Shown: positions 63,895-64,000 of the stretch, in pieces
Layout: each line of letters starts with the position of its first letter
How positions within the stretch are numbered: the first letter of the stretch is position 1
Assembly: GCF_052425735.1 (NCBI RefSeq)
Contig: NC_135761.1
Coordinates: 14,756,001 to 14,820,000 of the forward strand
DNA: 64,000 nt
Direction: 5' to 3'
Source: Oculina patagonica
Taxonomy: Eukaryota
Notes under the pieces: generated by a model
What the model was told of the DNA's origin: nothing
Databases searched by the model: none
The model's input: the letters and a program-made list of their open reading frames with translations, nothing else
Made by a program: the position numbers and the translations under genes

Positions 63895-63985
63895 ATCACA
63901 ACACAATGAACTTGGCTAGTGCTCGAAACTGGGCCGCTCAATGTGAGGTCCAACGCGCTAGCCACGAGGCCATAGCGTCTTTTAG
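63895..63985 (-). mobile_element. Family A SINE head fragment
   Basis: The reverse complement contains tggcctcgtggctagcgcgttggac and ttcgagc..cattgtgttgtg. Confidence 0.5.
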
Positions 63986-64000
63986 TCCCGGGCCCCGGGC

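Overview
Eukaryotic, intron-rich animal DNA with four N-gaps; the gene and repeat style suggests a cnidarian (stony-coral-like) source, which is my inference. All intact genes are on the + strand. The window holds a tandem array of secreted CAP/SCP (GLIPR2/GAPR-1/PR-1-like) genes built as signal peptide, short beta-rich motif, Ser/Thr/Pro linker, CAP domain. There are four intact copies, one pseudogene, and a probable further member running off the 3' end. Among them sits a 12-exon lipoxygenase (LOX, about 626 aa) with a signal peptide, no PLAT domain, the R-stereospecific Gly, an unusual HAAVD iron-ligand motif and a C-terminal Thr. The main finding is an in-frame chimeric gene at 30532-33691: the LOX upstream region and LOX exons 1-2 are spliced to the two CAP-domain exons. 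It lies at the junction of an apparent tandem duplication whose breakpoints are in LOX intron 2 and in the (CACCA)n intron of a CAP gene. Also present are a decayed class A GPCR on the - strand, tRNA-derived SINEs, MITEs, a LINE 3' end, microsatellites and a near-perfect palindrome of about 235 bp. Gene models were spliced by eye using GT/AG sites and phase checks; no database searches were run.
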